Shown here: piece by piece, positions 35,209 to 35,373 of the stretch | Layout of the letters: each line of letters begins with the position of its first letter | Position numbering within the stretch: the first letter of the stretch is position 1 | IMG/VR virus record: IMGVR_UViG_3300030330_000091 | Coordinates: 1 to 35,373 of that record | From: a virus | Lineage: Duplodnaviria; Caudoviricetes | Direction: 5' to 3' (one strand) | Length of the DNA: 35,373 bases | Position numbers and translations under genes: made by a program | The notes under the pieces: generated by a model | Database searches by the model: none | What the model saw: only the letters and a program-made list of their open reading frames with translations | What the model was told of the DNA's origin: nothing

Positions 35209-35358
35209 ATCGGGATTGGGATCGGGATGCGTATAATTGTTCGGAGTCGTGCTGCTAATCGGGCTGGATCGGGGGTGGATCGGGCTTCCATCGGGCTACT
35301 ATTTGGCTTCCAGCAACGGGTTCGGATTTTGGTTCGGATCGGGTCAGGGTGAATCGGG
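35209..35358 (+). repeat. GC-rich ATCGGG repeat cluster
   Basis: ATCGGG at 35209, 35221, 35258, 35268, 35279, 35290, 35338 and 35353. Confidence 0.75.
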
Positions 35359-35373
35359 CTGCACAACTCCCCG

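Noticed and set aside
35088-35366. 92-aa minus-strand ORF
   Set aside because: Low-complexity translation (PDP, IPIPIP) of the ATCGGG repeats; overlaps the terS end; no supporting motif
34364-35373. Repeat regions as a CRISPR or mini-CRISPR array
   Set aside because: Repeats are 6-20 nt, irregularly spaced and partly inverted, with no constant repeat/spacer period
1-35373. Alternative genetic code or integrated prophage boundaries
   Set aside because: Genes tile tightly under the standard code using all three stops; no integrase, att site or host genes were recognised

Overview
Partial genome (about 35 kb, AT-rich, almost entirely + strand) of a tailed, podovirus-like dsDNA phage. The gene set resembles marine uvMED/pelagiphage-type phages of Alphaproteobacteria, but the host is an inference. 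Left (1-21 kb): virion module with head-associated and small basic proteins, two adaptors, tail fibres including a LamG/SPRY receptor-binding protein and chaperone, an apparently split tail nozzle gene, four internal/ejection proteins and a T4-like lysozyme. Middle (21-29.7 kb): a small divergent regulator, a DUF1064 nuclease, AAA_24 ATPase, SSB, SF2 helicase, Cas4-like nuclease and Toprim-AAA_25 primase-helicase. Right (29.7-35.4 kb): small accessory genes behind duplicated promoter/RBS cassettes, an HEXXH peptidase, an N4/N6 DNA methylase, an iteron-rich non-coding region, terminase small subunit and a GC-rich repeat tail. No major capsid, portal, large terminase, integrase, DNA polymerase, tRNA or CRISPR array was recognised. 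The most unusual signals are at DNA/RNA level: a 9-mer AATTGTTCG/CGAACAATT found 23 times and densest towards terS, a structured intergenic RNA candidate complementary to three phage leaders, and an ACCCA-N5-ACCCA operator-like motif at the regulator switch and at the end of terS. All family calls and counts were made by eye, without database searches.
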